NCBI GenBank assembly: GCA_018434355.1
Contig: JAHDPL010000031.1
Coordinates: forward strand, 567 to 64,566
DNA from: Sporomusaceae bacterium
Lineage (GTDB): Bacteria > Bacillota > Negativicutes > UBA1444
Length of the DNA: 64,000 nucleotides
Reading direction: 5' to 3'
The translations under genes and the position numbers were made by a program. Shown in pieces: positions 63,838 through 64,000 of this stretch. The notes under the pieces are model-generated. The model made no database searches and had not been told where the DNA came from. It saw only the letters and a program-made list of their open reading frames with translations. Position 1 is the first letter of the stretch, and every line of letters begins with the position of its first letter.

Positions 63838-64000
63838 TCAAAGGTTCGCTTTAAAATAATCCATAGCCTTTCTAAAACATCCTCGTTTTGCGGAGAGTTG
63901 ACCAAACTCGCTTTCAGGTCCCTTCTGGACGACTTCTTTATCTGCTATGACTGCTAATGTTTGAGTATCAATTAACATGGCGCGGGCGCGAATGTTCACT
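63838..64000 (-). CDS. 3' end of an unidentified minus-strand ORF that runs off the window
   Basis: The frame is open from the window edge to TGA at 63840-63838 (...NIRARAMLIDTQTLAVIADKEVVQKGPESEFGQLSAKRGCFRKAMDYFKANL*), followed by the bidirectional terminator. Function unknown. Confidence 0.35.
   Translation of the reverse strand, partial: VNIRARAMLIDTQTLAVIADKEVVQKGPESEFGQLSAKRGCFRKAMDYFKANL

Noticed and set aside
59100-64000. A search for hallmarks of a defined mobile element around the low-GC island: integrase/recombinase, transposase, tRNA target, flanking direct or inverted repeats.
   Set aside because: None was found inside the window. I could not identify matching att-like repeats at the two borders by eye. 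The element type and right boundary therefore stay open, and no mobile_element feature was called.

Overview
A 64-kb stretch of a high-GC chromosome (about 55-70% GC in hand-counted lines). Gene content looks like an anaerobic Firmicutes-type bacterium (Negativicutes/Clostridia-like), but the taxon cannot be fixed from sequence alone. Most of the window is dense operonic metabolism and transport. In order:
- pxpBCA 5-oxoprolinase and a YtxH/DUF948 pair.
- A sigma-54/AcoR-controlled acetoin-dehydrogenase-like E1-E2-E3 operon, interrupted by a TRAP transporter and followed by lipB-DUF296-lipA.
- A Liv-type ABC transporter behind a long structured leader, contiguous with a four-subunit HcnABC/proline-dehydrogenase-like flavo-iron-sulfur oxidase.
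- A minus-strand uxuA-TRAP operon.
- PhzF, a small siroheme sulfite-reductase-like gene and an FMN GltB-like gene.
- Two AtoE paralogues, one inside a sigma-54 AtoSC-like/atoDA module.
- NitT/TauT-type and ModABC transporters.
- The methanogen-type sulfide-dependent homocysteine genes (COG1900, NIL-ferredoxin, COG2122), in one operon with PaaK-ACT.
- A ProC-like/hexokinase/tag operon and a PAS-GAF-GGDEF-EAL protein.

The most unusual part is the last ~4 kb. After a scarred junction (decayed duplicate of a cytochrome c gene, a polypurine/G-tract, a start-less ORF fragment), composition drops to about 27-42% GC. This island carries a translationally coupled trio of orphan genes plus a separate gene with a PD-(D/E)xK-like nuclease motif. 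I rate it the best candidate for an undescribed conflict/defence module. I recognised no rRNA, tRNA, CRISPR array, transposase or integrase. All family calls come from reading motifs by eye, with no searches run. Many long ORFs in the supplied track are antisense shadow ORFs typical of high-GC DNA and were not called.
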